Shown here in pieces: positions 11,107 to 21,600 of a DNA stretch of 64,000 nt; positions within the stretch are counted from its first letter, which is position 1; each line of letters opens with the position of its first letter. A program made the position numbers and the translations under genes. The DNA comes from Synechococcales cyanobacterium VAR_4_metabat_354 (GTDB lineage Bacteria > Cyanobacteriota > Cyanobacteriia > Cyanobacteriales > Chamaesiphonaceae). The notes under the pieces were generated by a model. The model was not told the origin of the DNA, ran no database searches, and saw only the letters and a program-made list of their open reading frames with translations. The stretch is from assembly GCA_031414775.1 (NCBI GenBank), contig JANOQI010000062.1, positions 160,001 to 224,000 on the forward strand, in the 5' to 3' direction.

Positions 11107-11174
11107 GAATCGGCCGGTAATTTTCGGCTGGAAAAAGCTTAAACTGAGTTTTGCAACTAAACCCAATCTACACA

Positions 11175-11957
11175 ATGCAGATACGAATTTTGATTTTGGT
11201 CGGATTTTTGTTTACTTCTTTAGCTTTGAATGGCTGTGACGCTACCAAAACTAGCTCTAATTTGAGTAGTCCAGCAGCTACCGTAATCAAGACGGAGGCG
11301 GCACCGAGCGCTTCCTATGAAACAGCTTCAGAAGTAGGTACACCCGTAGTAGCCACCGAAAAAGGTACGAACGCCCAATTTGCTAATCTCCCTCGTCTGG
11401 TAGGCAAAGCAACAGTCGTGTTAACAGTCAAGGGTAAGCCAATTACGATTGAGGTCGATGGTAACAATGCCCCCATTACTGCTGGTAACTTTGTAGAGCT
11501 AGTCCAAAAAGGGTTTTACAATAATCTCACATTCCACCGGGTGGAGCCAGCCTTTGTGGTGCAGGGCGGTGATCCCAAAGGCAACGGGACTGGTGGCTAT
11601 GTACCCAAAGGGGAATCTCAAGAGCGGCGCATTCCCTTAGAAATTAAAATCAAAGGCTCTCCCGCACCGACTTATAGCAAAGGATTTGAGCAATCACAGA
11701 TTGTCGCCCAGCCACCAGTACTCACTCACAAGCGGGGCGTGCTTTCAATGGCCCGTTCGCAGATGCCCGACAGTGCTTCATCCCAGTTCTATATCACTCT
11801 GACCCAAAAAGACTTCTTAGATGGTCAGTATGCGGTTTTTGGTAAAGTACTTAGTGGCATGGAAGTAGTTGATAGTATTAAAATTGGCGACAAAATCACC
11901 TCCGCCAAAGTCACTAGAGGTCAAGGAAATTTGAAATTGCCAAAATCGACTAAATAG
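11175..11957 (+). CDS. Cyclophilin-type peptidyl-prolyl isomerase, lipoprotein
   Basis: Lipobox [36 protein letters not shown]. Confidence 0.92.
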   Translation: MQIRILILVGFLFTSLALNGCDATKTSSNLSSPAATVIKTEAAPSASYETASEVGTPVVATEKGTNAQFANLPRLVGKATVVLTVKGKPITIEVDGNNAPITAGNFVELVQKGFYNNLTFHRVEPAFVVQGGDPKGNGTGGYVPKGESQERRIPLEIKIKGSPAPTYSKGFEQSQIVAQPPVLTHKRGVLSMARSQMPDSASSQFYITLTQKDFLDGQYAVFGKVLSGMEVVDSIKIGDKITSAKVTRGQGNLKLPKSTK

Positions 11958-11969
11958 ATTTAACCAGTT

Positions 11970-13094
11970 TTAGCCAAACTGCTGAATTGGTTTAATGATT
12001 TCTTGATAAACCTGCTCAATGTGCGAAATATTGCCATTGAGCGTATAGGTTTGGATAACTCGATCGCGTGCGGCTTGCCCTAGGGTTTTTTGGAGCGCGG
12101 GATGAGCTTTGAGGAGTGGCAGAATCGTGCGTAGTTGGCTAGATACGCCTTGCGTATCAATTACAATTCCGGCTCCATTGGCTAATACTTCGCCGTCAGC
12201 ACCGGCATCGGTAGCGACGCAGGCTAAACCACAAGCCATTCCTTCCAGGAGTGATAGAGATAAACCTTCCACTAACGAAGGCAGCACAAAGACATCGGCA
12301 CCGCGTAAAATCTCAATCCGCCGTTGGTCATCTTCGATCGCACCGAGCCAAATTACACCGTCGGTTAGATCGTAAAACGGTTCTAAAGAAGTTTTGAGAG
12401 TCCCATCGCCCATAATAATCAGCTTGCAAGTGCCATCATTACCCATGCCAGACTTTTTCCAAGCTCGCAACAAAGATTCGACATTTTTCTCAGTAGAAAT
12501 TCGTCCTTGGTAAACAAAAAGCTGCTCAGCATTAAATTCTTGCTTACTATTCGATGAACCCGGCGCATATTTGTTTTCATCTACTCCATTGGGAATTACC
12601 ACAATCCGTTCGGCTGGAACTCCCATTTTGATCAGCAACTCGCGCTGTTCTTGACAGAAAATAATCGTTCGATCGTACTTAGCTAAAAATGGAGCATACA
12701 GCTGATAAGCCAGCAACTGGCTGCCCGAAGTGAGGTTGCGACGCTTGCCATCATAGGGCGTGTGGAAAGTGGCCACTAGTGGCAAATCTAGTTCTTGACA
12801 AATTTCTGGTAACAAAAAATCTAATGGCGACAAACTTAGCGAAGCATGTACAATGTCGGGACGGCGACGCTGCAGCGATTTCTCTAAGACTCGTTTGGCA
12901 CGAATTGTCGGAATGGTAAAGACTTGGGACTTATAAAGAAAAGGTAGCGGTACATCATCTCGATCGGCCTTAGTCTCGGTAAAATGCATAAAGCTGATTT
13001 TGTGTCCCCGTTGGGTCAGCCCGTTGGTTATTTCTCGACTATAGGTGACGTTACCGCAAAAAGGAGATTTCTTTCCAAGCCAAGCAATATGCAT
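11970..13094 (-). CDS. dgdA: GT4 glycosyltransferase, probable digalactosyldiacylglycerol synthase
   Basis: MHIAWLGKKSPFCGNVTY N-terminus, EGLSLSLLEGMACG GT4 motif; position in the deoC-recO-MFS-GT cluster as recalled for other cyanobacteria. Confidence 0.7.
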   Translation of the reverse strand: MHIAWLGKKSPFCGNVTYSREITNGLTQRGHKISFMHFTETKADRDDVPLPFLYKSQVFTIPTIRAKRVLEKSLQRRRPDIVHASLSLSPLDFLLPEICQELDLPLVATFHTPYDGKRRNLTSGSQLLAYQLYAPFLAKYDRTIIFCQEQRELLIKMGVPAERIVVIPNGVDENKYAPGSSNSKQEFNAEQLFVYQGRISTEKNVESLLRAWKKSGMGNDGTCKLIIMGDGTLKTSLEPFYDLTDGVIWLGAIEDDQRRIEILRGADVFVLPSLVEGLSLSLLEGMACGLACVATDAGADGEVLANGAGIVIDTQGVSSQLRTILPLLKAHPALQKTLGQAARDRVIQTYTLNGNISHIEQVYQEIIKPIQQFG

Positions 13095-13170
13095 TTTTTA
13101 TTTCAAACCACTCCCAATTGATAGCAGGCGTGAACGCCACTATTAGTTAATTCTAACCGGAGTTGGTCTT

Positions 13171-14538
13171 TTAGCTTTGGGGGTCAGGCGATCGCTGGCC
13201 GTACAAAAAGATGGTCAAAATCACTACGGCCAAAGATAAACCCAGTAAAACATTGGGAACTCCCAATATGGTCTCAGCCACTCCGGTCAGCGCCAAAGGC
13301 AGACTGAGGGCAATATTGGTGCCATTATTCTGGAGTCCAAACACCTTACCGCGCATTTCGGGTGGCGTTTCCGATTGAATGACAGTTTGCATGGGAATGG
13401 CGATCAAGGCTCCAAATACTCCCATTAAAATAATCATTGATACCGTTAACCACAAGCTATGGGTGAAAAGTGACATCCCCGCCAGGGTAGCGGCGACTCC
13501 GATCGAACCAAACATGGCTAGTTGATCGTGATCCAGCATTTTACCCAAATAGCTGATCAGAAAAGCGCCAATACCCATGCCAATGCCGCCAGTAGCCAGC
13601 AAAAAACCAAACTGGGAAGCTTTTATTTCGGGCAGAATTTCCGCTAGGCGCACGACAATAATGCTCATGGCCGCAAAAACTGAGAACAAAGTAACCAGTT
13701 GAATCATGGCTACTCGAATCGATCGATTAGTACCAAGATAACGAATGCCTTCTTTAATATCTTCGAGCACATGAACTTCTTCGCCTTTGGTTTGGGGTGG
13801 CTCATGAACTCTCAGCAACAGCAGTAGCAAACCCGCAACGATATAACTGCCACCCACCACCAACTCTTGACCAATATTGGCACCCAATCCAAAGCGGGTA
13901 GCTACTGTATCGGCCAAACCCAAAACTGGTTCCCCGACCGCGAAACCCACCACTAGCGAACCCATGGCCGTGGTCGTATACAAGGAGTTCGCCGATAACA
14001 AATCCTGCTTTTCGACAATTGTTGAAATGGTCGCCTGCTCTGCTGGGGAAAAGAACTGGCCAGAAGTAGAAATCACAAAGGTTACTAGCAGCAATAGTTC
14101 AAAGCCCAAGGGTAGCTTGGCCACCACGGCTCCATGGGAAAGCCATAGTAAGACTGGTACAGCGAGTACTAACAAACCACGCACAATATTGGTGCTAACT
14201 AATACCAGCTTTTTATTCCAGCGATCGACATAGACCCCAGCAAAAGCGCCGAACAAGATGGCCGGAATAGTGTTGGCAATCATAATTGCCGATACCCAGC
14301 CACTAATCGTCTGGTTTTCGGCTTGGAACTGGCTTTCGATGATCGCAATCATCAACACCAAGTACACTTTATCGGCTAGTTGCGAAAAGATCTGCCCACC
14401 CCACAAAGTGAGAAAATTCTTATTCTTTAGGACAGCAGAAATTCCCTGTGATTCCACTTTTTCAGTAGCTTCGGGTGCAACGGTGTCCAACTGCGGCTGG
14501 GCTGGTACTTCTGGATTGAGATCTTCGGATAATCGCAT
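13171..14538 (-). CDS. MFS transporter
   Basis: About 12 hydrophobic segments; GVYVDRWNKK motif A; RGKVFG. Confidence 0.9.
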   Translation of the reverse strand: MRLSEDLNPEVPAQPQLDTVAPEATEKVESQGISAVLKNKNFLTLWGGQIFSQLADKVYLVLMIAIIESQFQAENQTISGWVSAIMIANTIPAILFGAFAGVYVDRWNKKLVLVSTNIVRGLLVLAVPVLLWLSHGAVVAKLPLGFELLLLVTFVISTSGQFFSPAEQATISTIVEKQDLLSANSLYTTTAMGSLVVGFAVGEPVLGLADTVATRFGLGANIGQELVVGGSYIVAGLLLLLLRVHEPPQTKGEEVHVLEDIKEGIRYLGTNRSIRVAMIQLVTLFSVFAAMSIIVVRLAEILPEIKASQFGFLLATGGIGMGIGAFLISYLGKMLDHDQLAMFGSIGVAATLAGMSLFTHSLWLTVSMIILMGVFGALIAIPMQTVIQSETPPEMRGKVFGLQNNGTNIALSLPLALTGVAETILGVPNVLLGLSLAVVILTIFLYGQRSPDPQS

Positions 14539-14688
14539 GTAGCTGACAAGGGTAAGGAGCAGGAAAAATACTGCCACATTAGAAAATTTTATTCGATATT
14601 GGCTGAGGTTAAGAGATTATTCACCCAATCTCATCAATCTCTATAGTGTCCGGTTTGTCTGGACAAAAATTAGGGCTAGTTGGTTTGG

Positions 14689-15483
14689 TTATCTGCCGAA
14701 CATCAGTAAGTCAGCTGATCGAATGCTAGTTCCCAAATAGTGCCGGATATATTGACGGAGGACTTTTTCGATTTTCGACCAAGATTGTTGCAAGGTCACT
14801 GGCGGCAAATCACTCATCGCCCAGCTCCCTAAATCCTGAGCCGAAAGTTGTTGAAACAAGGCCAGCTCCAAGCCCGTTAGATAATATAGACCCGCTTGAG
14901 CTTTGTCGAGAATCGCTGTGGGATTCACCGTACCACCCGCATCAATACTAAAGCCAGTTTTCCAACGCGGTTCGGCCAAATTGGCCACCATCGCTGCACC
15001 AGTAGCACAACAGTTATGCACCTGCGGCGCAATTCCCCCCGCCGCCAGCAAGTGAAAAATTCCTTGGCAAAGATAGGCCAGAATTTCTGCTCCAGGCTGA
15101 ACGAGGCTATCCAAGCGTCCTAAATGAACAATAAATAGTTCATATAGTTCTGTTTGAGGTTGACCGCTGACAGCCTGACTGAGTAGAATCTCTGCCCAAT
15201 ATTGACTAATCGACAGCTTGGATAAATTAGCAGATAGATTCCGGTAGGTACGCAGGGTTTCGGCTTGGGTAATCCGATCGATCGACTTACCTTTCGCAAT
15301 CAATAGCTGATTAATCACAAAAATGCCACTACGGCCACCCAGACTAGATTTCGGTTTCCGCGCCCCCGGCGCAATGACTCGAATCAGGCCATGTTCAGAT
15401 GACAAAATAGTCAGCAGTCGATCGGCCTCCCCCATGGGCGTGGCCTTGAGATTAATACCAGTAGTTTGATAGGTGTTACTCAT
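14689..15483 (-). CDS. recO: DNA repair protein RecO
   Basis: [22 protein letters not shown]-fold; ATG 15483 overlaps the deoC stop. Confidence 0.93.
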   Translation of the reverse strand: MSNTYQTTGINLKATPMGEADRLLTILSSEHGLIRVIAPGARKPKSSLGGRSGIFVINQLLIAKGKSIDRITQAETLRTYRNLSANLSKLSISQYWAEILLSQAVSGQPQTELYELFIVHLGRLDSLVQPGAEILAYLCQGIFHLLAAGGIAPQVHNCCATGAAMVANLAEPRWKTGFSIDAGGTVNPTAILDKAQAGLYYLTGLELALFQQLSAQDLGSWAMSDLPPVTLQQSWSKIEKVLRQYIRHYLGTSIRSADLLMFGR

Positions 15484-16147
15484 CAGCTGGATTGTTGCGT
15501 TCGTGGAGCAAGGCCACCCCATTGGAAGTCCCCAGCCGCGTGGCTCCAGCTTGAACTAGTTCGATCGCTTGGGCATGAGTGCGAATTCCTCCCGAGGCTT
15601 TAATCCCGATCACGCCTCGCGTGATTTCGGCCAGCAGCTTTACATCAGCTACGGTAGCACCGCCGCTCCAGCCAGTACTGGTCTTCAAATACCTTGCGCC
15701 CGCCTCCATACAGATTTCAGCAGCAATTCGTTTTTCTTCTTCGGTCAATAAAGACATCTCCAGAATGGCCTTCACTGTCTGGCCAGTTTCCTCACAAATT
15801 TGAGCCAATTCCTTGTGTACCTCATCAATTCGCCCCGCTTTTAAGCTGGCCAGATCAATTACTACATCCAATTCTGTTGCCCCATTTTCCACTGCTTCTT
15901 GGGCTTCGTAAAGCTTGACGGTGGAGGTAGTTGCACCCGTCGGAAAACCAATCACCGTACAAACTTTTGGTTTTCTGTTGTTCAATAATTCGGCCACCAG
16001 CCGCACATAACGAGGATGAACGCAGACGGCAGCAAAGTTATATCGATCGGCTTCGGCACACCACTGGGCAACTTGTTCAGGGCTGGCCGTAGCGGTTAAC
16101 AGCGAATGATCGATGAGAGGAGCAATGTCTATTTCTTGGTCGCGCAC
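15476..16147 (-). CDS. deoC: Deoxyribose-phosphate aldolase
   Basis: [39 protein letters not shown]; start uncertain (GTG 16147 likely). Confidence 0.95.
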   Translation of the reverse strand: MRDQEIDIAPLIDHSLLTATASPEQVAQWCAEADRYNFAAVCVHPRYVRLVAELLNNRKPKVCTVIGFPTGATTSTVKLYEAQEAVENGATELDVVIDLASLKAGRIDEVHKELAQICEETGQTVKAILEMSLLTEEEKRIAAEICMEAGARYLKTSTGWSGGATVADVKLLAEITRGVIGIKASGGIRTHAQAIELVQAGATRLGTSNGVALLHERNNPADE

Positions 16148-16356
16148 GGTCAGAAGAGGTAAAGGGTGCAGCTTTCCATTGTAGGCAAAAGATTTAATAT
16201 AAGCTGTCAGAGTCTGTATTCGAGATAACCTTTGAAGCACTGGGCATGCCAGAGATCTGGCGATATCAACAAGGTGAATTAGCGATATTTATACTGGTAG
16301 ATGGGCATTACCTCGCATCTGATTACTAGCTCCTTCTTTAACGATGGGTTCCACCA

Positions 16357-16935
16357 TCATGAACTACCCCACGGTTTAACATCCTCTGGATAATTCCAGT
16401 TAGTAAAAATCTGAGGAGTCAGCACAGGTATTGGTTCGATAATCTCAGCCTTTAACCATTTTTGAAAAGATTGGCCACCAGCCTGTATAAAACGATCTAA
16501 ACTGAGGCGACAGCTAGTACGATAACAACCACAGAGCGCTTCCCATCCTTTGGATTGGGGGGCAAGGTAGGCGATCGATCTCTCCTCTACGTTCTCTAAA
16601 TCTTTAATCCACCCCTGTATCACCACTTTATCCAGACAAGGTAGATCGCAGGCCAGTAATAAAATCCAATCAGCGGTAATTTGAGAAAGGCTCTGCTGGA
16701 AAGCTAGCAGTGGTCCTTGGTGCGGTAGATTTTCTATTAACCACCGACAGTTTACTGGTAATAAGTCCCGATATCTCTCCGGCCAAGGGGTGAGGATATA
16801 GACTTCAGGGGTGCAATCGATCACGACATCATAAACCCGTCGAATCAATGGTGATCCATTCACCATTAACAGCGCCTTATCTTGCTGCATCCGGCGACTT
16901 TGACCACCAGCCAGAATTACCGTCACGATCTTCAT
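16357..16935 (-). CDS. mobA: Molybdenum cofactor guanylyltransferase
   Basis: ILAGGQSRRMQQDKALL, GPL, LACDLP, NWNYPED. Confidence 0.92.
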   Translation of the reverse strand: MKIVTVILAGGQSRRMQQDKALLMVNGSPLIRRVYDVVIDCTPEVYILTPWPERYRDLLPVNCRWLIENLPHQGPLLAFQQSLSQITADWILLLACDLPCLDKVVIQGWIKDLENVEERSIAYLAPQSKGWEALCGCYRTSCRLSLDRFIQAGGQSFQKWLKAEIIEPIPVLTPQIFTNWNYPEDVKPWGSS

Positions 16936-17399
16936 TACTGACGAATCTTGGTCGTAAAGCCCGCTGCTTTAAATTTCTTGAGTTGTAAAGGCTGCGACGT
17001 ATTGCTCGGCACCGAAACCCGCATCTCAAAATCACTTACTCCGGGGGGTAATTTCTCAATGAGACCAACACGCGATCGATTCTGCAACACCAAATTATTA
17101 TCAGCATCATAAATCCGACCAAAGACATCTGCATCAAAGACCGTTTTACTGGAAGGATTCTGAGCTTTACCAATAATCAAAAAACAACTGGCTGTCTGGG
17201 TCACACCCCCACTCGTCACTGCGCCCTCGGCCATCTCCGCTGGGCAATCCTTATAAGAAACTTCTGATAGCTTAATTGGAGTCACCGCCCAGGCCGCTGG
17301 TGTCAATAGCAAGTTAATCATGGCAATGACCGTGAGAGTCAGAACCCACTGACTAATAACTTGCTGCCAATTCCTGACAGTGGAGAGAATACGCAGCAT
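16935..17399 (-). CDS. Conserved exported hypothetical protein
   Basis: Signal peptide (PAAWA), two Cys, DADVFGRIYDAD; stop overlaps the mobA start. Confidence 0.75.
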   Translation of the reverse strand: MLRILSTVRNWQQVISQWVLTLTVIAMINLLLTPAAWAVTPIKLSEVSYKDCPAEMAEGAVTSGGVTQTASCFLIIGKAQNPSSKTVFDADVFGRIYDADNNLVLQNRSRVGLIEKLPPGVSDFEMRVSVPSNTSQPLQLKKFKAAGFTTKIRQ

Positions 17400-17452
17400 A
17401 GATTTTCACCAGTTAGTACCATTTGCATGATACCGTACTGCTGCCTACAAAC

Positions 17453-17484
17453 AAGCGCTTCCAAACCTATGTTTGAAAGCGCTT
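17453..17484 (-). terminator. Rho-independent terminator hairpin downstream of tRNA-fMet
   Basis: AAGCGCTTCCAAAC-ctat-GTTTGAAAGCGCTT (one mismatch) with A/T-rich flanks. Confidence 0.7.
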
Positions 17485-17494
17485 AGTTTTTATT

Positions 17495-17571
<77 letters not shown>

Positions 17572-17717
17572 TCGTTTTTTAGTCAACCCACTAAATATAC
17601 GATGCTTCTCGGCAAATAGCAACCCCTTGACTGTAAGTTTGGCCAAAGAGAGTAAACTGAGAAACAATAATTCTAGATGCTCTATTAATTACAGCTGTTG
17701 CCAGCCTTTAGAAAATC

Positions 17718-18893
17718 ATGAAAAGAATTCTTTGCCTGAGTAATGGGCATGGTGAAGATCTGAGCGCCAGTCAGGTACTAAAAGCCCTGCGTACCGCCGC
17801 CCCCCATGTTGAAATAGCTGCTTTACCATTAGTGGGAGAAGGCAAAGCCTATCGCAGTCTAGATATCCCGATTATTGGCCCAACGCAGGGATTGCCTTCT
17901 GGAGGGTTCTTTTATATGGATTATCGACAACTGATAACAGATTTCAAATCGGGCTTAGTGGGACTGACGATCGAACAAATTAAAACTGTTCTCACCCAGC
18001 GTCAGCAATGCGATCTGATATTTGCGGTGGGGGATATTGTCCCGCAGCTCTTTGCTTATATTACCGGTCTACCCTATGCCTATTTCATGGTTGCTAGTTC
18101 GGCACACTACGAAGATCGGATTGACATCAATCCGTTAATGAAATCTGCTCGCTGTCTCGAAATATTTACCCGCGATGCTTATAGTAGCGAATATTTCAGG
18201 AAGCACAAAATAACTAAGGCGGCTTTTTTGGGCAATCCTTTTATGGATGTTTTACAGCCAACTGGTCAAGAGTTATTTTTGCAATCTGGCGTGCCGATGA
18301 TTGCTTTACTGCCCGGTAGTCGGCTACCGGAAGCTGCCCAGAATTTTGGTTTGTTGCTAAATCTTTGCGTGGAAACGGCCAGAGTATTTGAACCCCACCC
18401 AATTCAATTTCGAGCGGCCTTGGTACCCAGTATGATGCCGATGTTGCCAGCAATAGCGGCTACATATGGCTGGCAAGACTTAGGTCAAGGCAAACTACAA
18501 CACTTGGAGACAGGCACAATAGTGATGTGCTTCGATCGATCGTTTGCTGATATTCTACAAGTCTGCGATTTGGTGGTGGGCATGGCCGGGACGGCAGTCG
18601 AACAAGCCGTCGGCTTAGGGAAACCGATCATTCAAGTTGTTGGCCAGGGTCCCCAGTTTACCTATCGGTTTGCGGAAGCGCAAATGCGCTTGCTGGGCGA
18701 GTCGGTGAAAACAGTCGGCACAACTCCGGCCACACCAGCAATTTTGCAAGAAGCCGCTCAAAAAATCAAAAATACCTTAGCTAACACGGCTTATCTGGAA
18801 CAATGCCAGCAGCAGGGACCAGAACGGATAGGGGCGGCAGGAGGTTCATTAGTGATTGCGCACAGATTGATAACGATTTTAGAGACCATTTGA
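17718..18893 (+). CDS. Lipid-A-disaccharide synthase-related GT-B protein
   Basis: LSNGHGED, LPSGGF, GNPFMD, LLPGSR, MAGTAVEQAVGLGKP, GPQFT. Confidence 0.88.
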   Translation: MKRILCLSNGHGEDLSASQVLKALRTAAPHVEIAALPLVGEGKAYRSLDIPIIGPTQGLPSGGFFYMDYRQLITDFKSGLVGLTIEQIKTVLTQRQQCDLIFAVGDIVPQLFAYITGLPYAYFMVASSAHYEDRIDINPLMKSARCLEIFTRDAYSSEYFRKHKITKAAFLGNPFMDVLQPTGQELFLQSGVPMIALLPGSRLPEAAQNFGLLLNLCVETARVFEPHPIQFRAALVPSMMPMLPAIAATYGWQDLGQGKLQHLETGTIVMCFDRSFADILQVCDLVVGMAGTAVEQAVGLGKPIIQVVGQGPQFTYRFAEAQMRLLGESVKTVGTTPATPAILQEAAQKIKNTLANTAYLEQCQQQGPERIGAAGGSLVIAHRLITILETI

Positions 18894-18921
18894 ACCAATA
18901 TAGTGATCGAGAAAAATAACC

Positions 18922-20220
18922 ATGATGCAGTGGCCACAGCTTCTTACCCCCCAGCGTCTCGGAAAATCTCAACCCGAAGATCTCAGCTTGGCTCGTACCC
19001 CTTTCCAGCGAGACTTCGATCGATTGATTTTTTCAGCAGCTTTCCGGCGACTTAAAGACAAAACTCAAGTCTTTTCCCTCAGTCAAAATGACTATGTGCG
19101 CACGCGCCTCATCCATAGCCTAGAAGTCGCTAGCGTCGGTCGTTCTCTGGGGCGGATTGTGGGTGAACAGATTGTGGCTGAGCATCAGTTGGCAATTACC
19201 GCCGCCGATATTGGTGACATTGTGGCCGCCGCCTGCATTGCCCACGATATTGGCAACCCGCCCTTTGGCCATTCTGGCGAAGATGCCATTCGATCGGGCT
19301 TTGATTTTTGGCAACAGCAGCACCCTAATTTAGATCTGACTACCGCCCAACGCCTAGACCTAGAAAAATTTGAAGGCAATGCACAGGGCTTACGAGTCAT
19401 CTGTCGGCTGGAAATTCCCCATCGACGCGGTAGTTTGCAGCTTACTTGTCCGACTATTGCGGCTTTCACTAAATATCCTCGCGCCTCTGATGTGCCCGCT
19501 GGTACAGGACGCAGCACCCAAAAATATGGTTTTTTCCAGGCTGACCAACAGCTATTTGCCGAGGTAGCCACCGCCGTGGGGTTGATGCCGGGCACTGCTG
19601 GCCTTAGCTGGTGCCGTCATCCGCTGACTTTTTTGGTCGAAGCGGCTGACGATATTTGCTATTCCATTGTGGATATTGAAGATGGCTATCAGATGGGTTT
19701 TTTGACCTTTGCTGAAGTCGTGGCACTGTTGAATCCGATCGCACAGTTAGATCTCACCAAATCTGATGGTGCCGAGCCAGAGTTAGTGACACATCTACGA
19801 GCTAAATCGATCGATATACTAGTCCGCGAAGCTGCCCACAACTTTTTAGCCCAGGAACAGAATATTTTAAGGGCTGAATTTGATCAAGAATTGCTGTCTT
19901 TAAGTAGTTATCATGAGGCACTGCAAGCTATTCATGGCAAAGCCCGCAGTGCTATTTTTCAGCAACCCCAAGTGGTCGGAGTCCAAATTGCTGGCTATGA
20001 GGTGCTAGCTAAACTATTTACCGAATTTGCCAATGCCTTAATTCAGCCCCACAACACCAAAAGTAATTTGGTGTTGCAAATGATGCCAGCTACGCATCGT
20101 CCTCAACCAGGCGAGAATACTTACCAACAACTTTTACATGTGACAGATTTTATCTCTGAGATGACCGATTCTTATGCTACTAGGCTATTTCAACAATTCT
20201 CTGGTATTTCATTGCTTTAA
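18922..20220 (+). CDS. dgt: Deoxyguanosinetriphosphate triphosphohydrolase (HD family)
   Basis: RRLKDKTQV, RTRLIHSLEV, HDIGNPPFGHSGE, FEGNAQG, EAADDICY. Confidence 0.93.
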   Translation: MMQWPQLLTPQRLGKSQPEDLSLARTPFQRDFDRLIFSAAFRRLKDKTQVFSLSQNDYVRTRLIHSLEVASVGRSLGRIVGEQIVAEHQLAITAADIGDIVAAACIAHDIGNPPFGHSGEDAIRSGFDFWQQQHPNLDLTTAQRLDLEKFEGNAQGLRVICRLEIPHRRGSLQLTCPTIAAFTKYPRASDVPAGTGRSTQKYGFFQADQQLFAEVATAVGLMPGTAGLSWCRHPLTFLVEAADDICYSIVDIEDGYQMGFLTFAEVVALLNPIAQLDLTKSDGAEPELVTHLRAKSIDILVREAAHNFLAQEQNILRAEFDQELLSLSSYHEALQAIHGKARSAIFQQPQVVGVQIAGYEVLAKLFTEFANALIQPHNTKSNLVLQMMPATHRPQPGENTYQQLLHVTDFISEMTDSYATRLFQQFSGISLL

Positions 20221-20221
20221 T

Positions 20222-21184
20222 TTAGCCGCCAGAAGTAACCGACTGGCTGGCCTGTAATACTTGCTGGAGGTTATTCAAGGCGTATTGCACACCGGGGGCT
20301 GGATCGATCGCAATCCAACCGTCTGGAGTAGAGACCAGCATTTCAAAATGAAGGTGAGGACCAGTCGAGCGGCCAGTCGTACCTACGGCTCCAATCAATG
20401 TTCCTGCTTGTAATTCTTGACCCGGTTGCACTGTGATATTCGACAGATGCGCATAGCGAGTCTGGAGTCTGCCATCATGCTCAATTACGATAGTCTTACC
20501 ATATCCTCCCAGCCAGCCAGCCGAGACTACTCGACCGCCGGTGGCTGCTACCACCGGAGCACCTTCAGGCGCTGCAAAATCCATCCCGGCATGTAAGCGC
20601 TTTTTACCAGAGATTGGATGGACACGCCAACCAAACGGTGATCCGACTGGCGTTGGAGTACTCAGAGGATAAACAAAATCATCATTTCTAGTGGGTGCCA
20701 CAATTGGCTGTGCCGAATTCCTAGGATTAACTACTGGCTGTTGCAGAGATTTTGCCAGTAAATCGGTGTCAATGGGCTGCACGACTGGGATAGCTGCGAC
20801 TTCTTTCGCTGGAAGCGGCAATGGCTCTACCTTTAATGCAATCGTTGGAGAAGCAGGTCGATTGTCAGTAAGTGTTGCTGATTTCTCGGCTGTTCGCAAT
20901 GTGGGTTGATTCGGTTCAGTAGACAATGCTTCTGGAGTTGTCAGTGGCTTGTTTAGTACAGCTGGACTAGAAAAGGCCATTGAAGCAATACTGGAGGCTC
21001 CGATCGCCATTGCTAAACTCATAACTGAGTTTTTAGGGTGACCATGACGAGGGGAGTGCTTTAATAGTTCTGGAATCTGTCTTCCTTTAGCATCTACAGC
21101 TGTCGTTTCGAGCTGACTTTTCAGACCCATGTCATGAATAACAGGAGAAGGAATCTGAGTGCTTGGGGTAATTGCAGTTTTCAA
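20222..21184 (-). CDS. M23 family metallopeptidase
   Basis: FGWRVHP, HAGMD, YAHL, GRSTGPHLHFE; start codon uncertain. Confidence 0.9.
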   Translation of the reverse strand: MKTAITPSTQIPSPVIHDMGLKSQLETTAVDAKGRQIPELLKHSPRHGHPKNSVMSLAMAIGASSIASMAFSSPAVLNKPLTTPEALSTEPNQPTLRTAEKSATLTDNRPASPTIALKVEPLPLPAKEVAAIPVVQPIDTDLLAKSLQQPVVNPRNSAQPIVAPTRNDDFVYPLSTPTPVGSPFGWRVHPISGKKRLHAGMDFAAPEGAPVVAATGGRVVSAGWLGGYGKTIVIEHDGRLQTRYAHLSNITVQPGQELQAGTLIGAVGTTGRSTGPHLHFEMLVSTPDGWIAIDPAPGVQYALNNLQQVLQASQSVTSGG

Positions 21185-21600
21185 AAATAAACTCCCGAAT
21201 AGTTGATCACATCAAAGTTTGGAATGATATCCAAACTAGTTGGAAACTGAACGCTTCTTGCGTAATTATGACTAAGACTTTATGTCAGTATGTAAATTTT
21301 GGCAAGTCTTATGGCAATAATTGGCTAATTTAATGGAGCTGTTATGTGCTCAAAAGCTCTGCCAGACTAGATTTTAAAGATCTAACAATTTTTTAATAAA
21401 GTTTCTGGAGAAATTTTGTTAAAAAGTGTCATCATAATGTGCTTAAAGTCAACATTAATAATAAATATAGGTAGGATTGTGAAGTTAATCTCCTAATCAA
21501 TCCAATTTTTATAATTATGGCGCTTAATTAAATGGAATAAATAGTAAAGCAGATTTTTTATATTGTTACTTTGATAATTAGTACTTTTGCAAAATTAATA

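Noticed and set aside
18922..20220. dGTPase as an anti-phage nucleotide-depletion system
   Set aside because: Core-like composition, CGATCG sites present, housekeeping neighbours and no defence context; most likely the ordinary dgt
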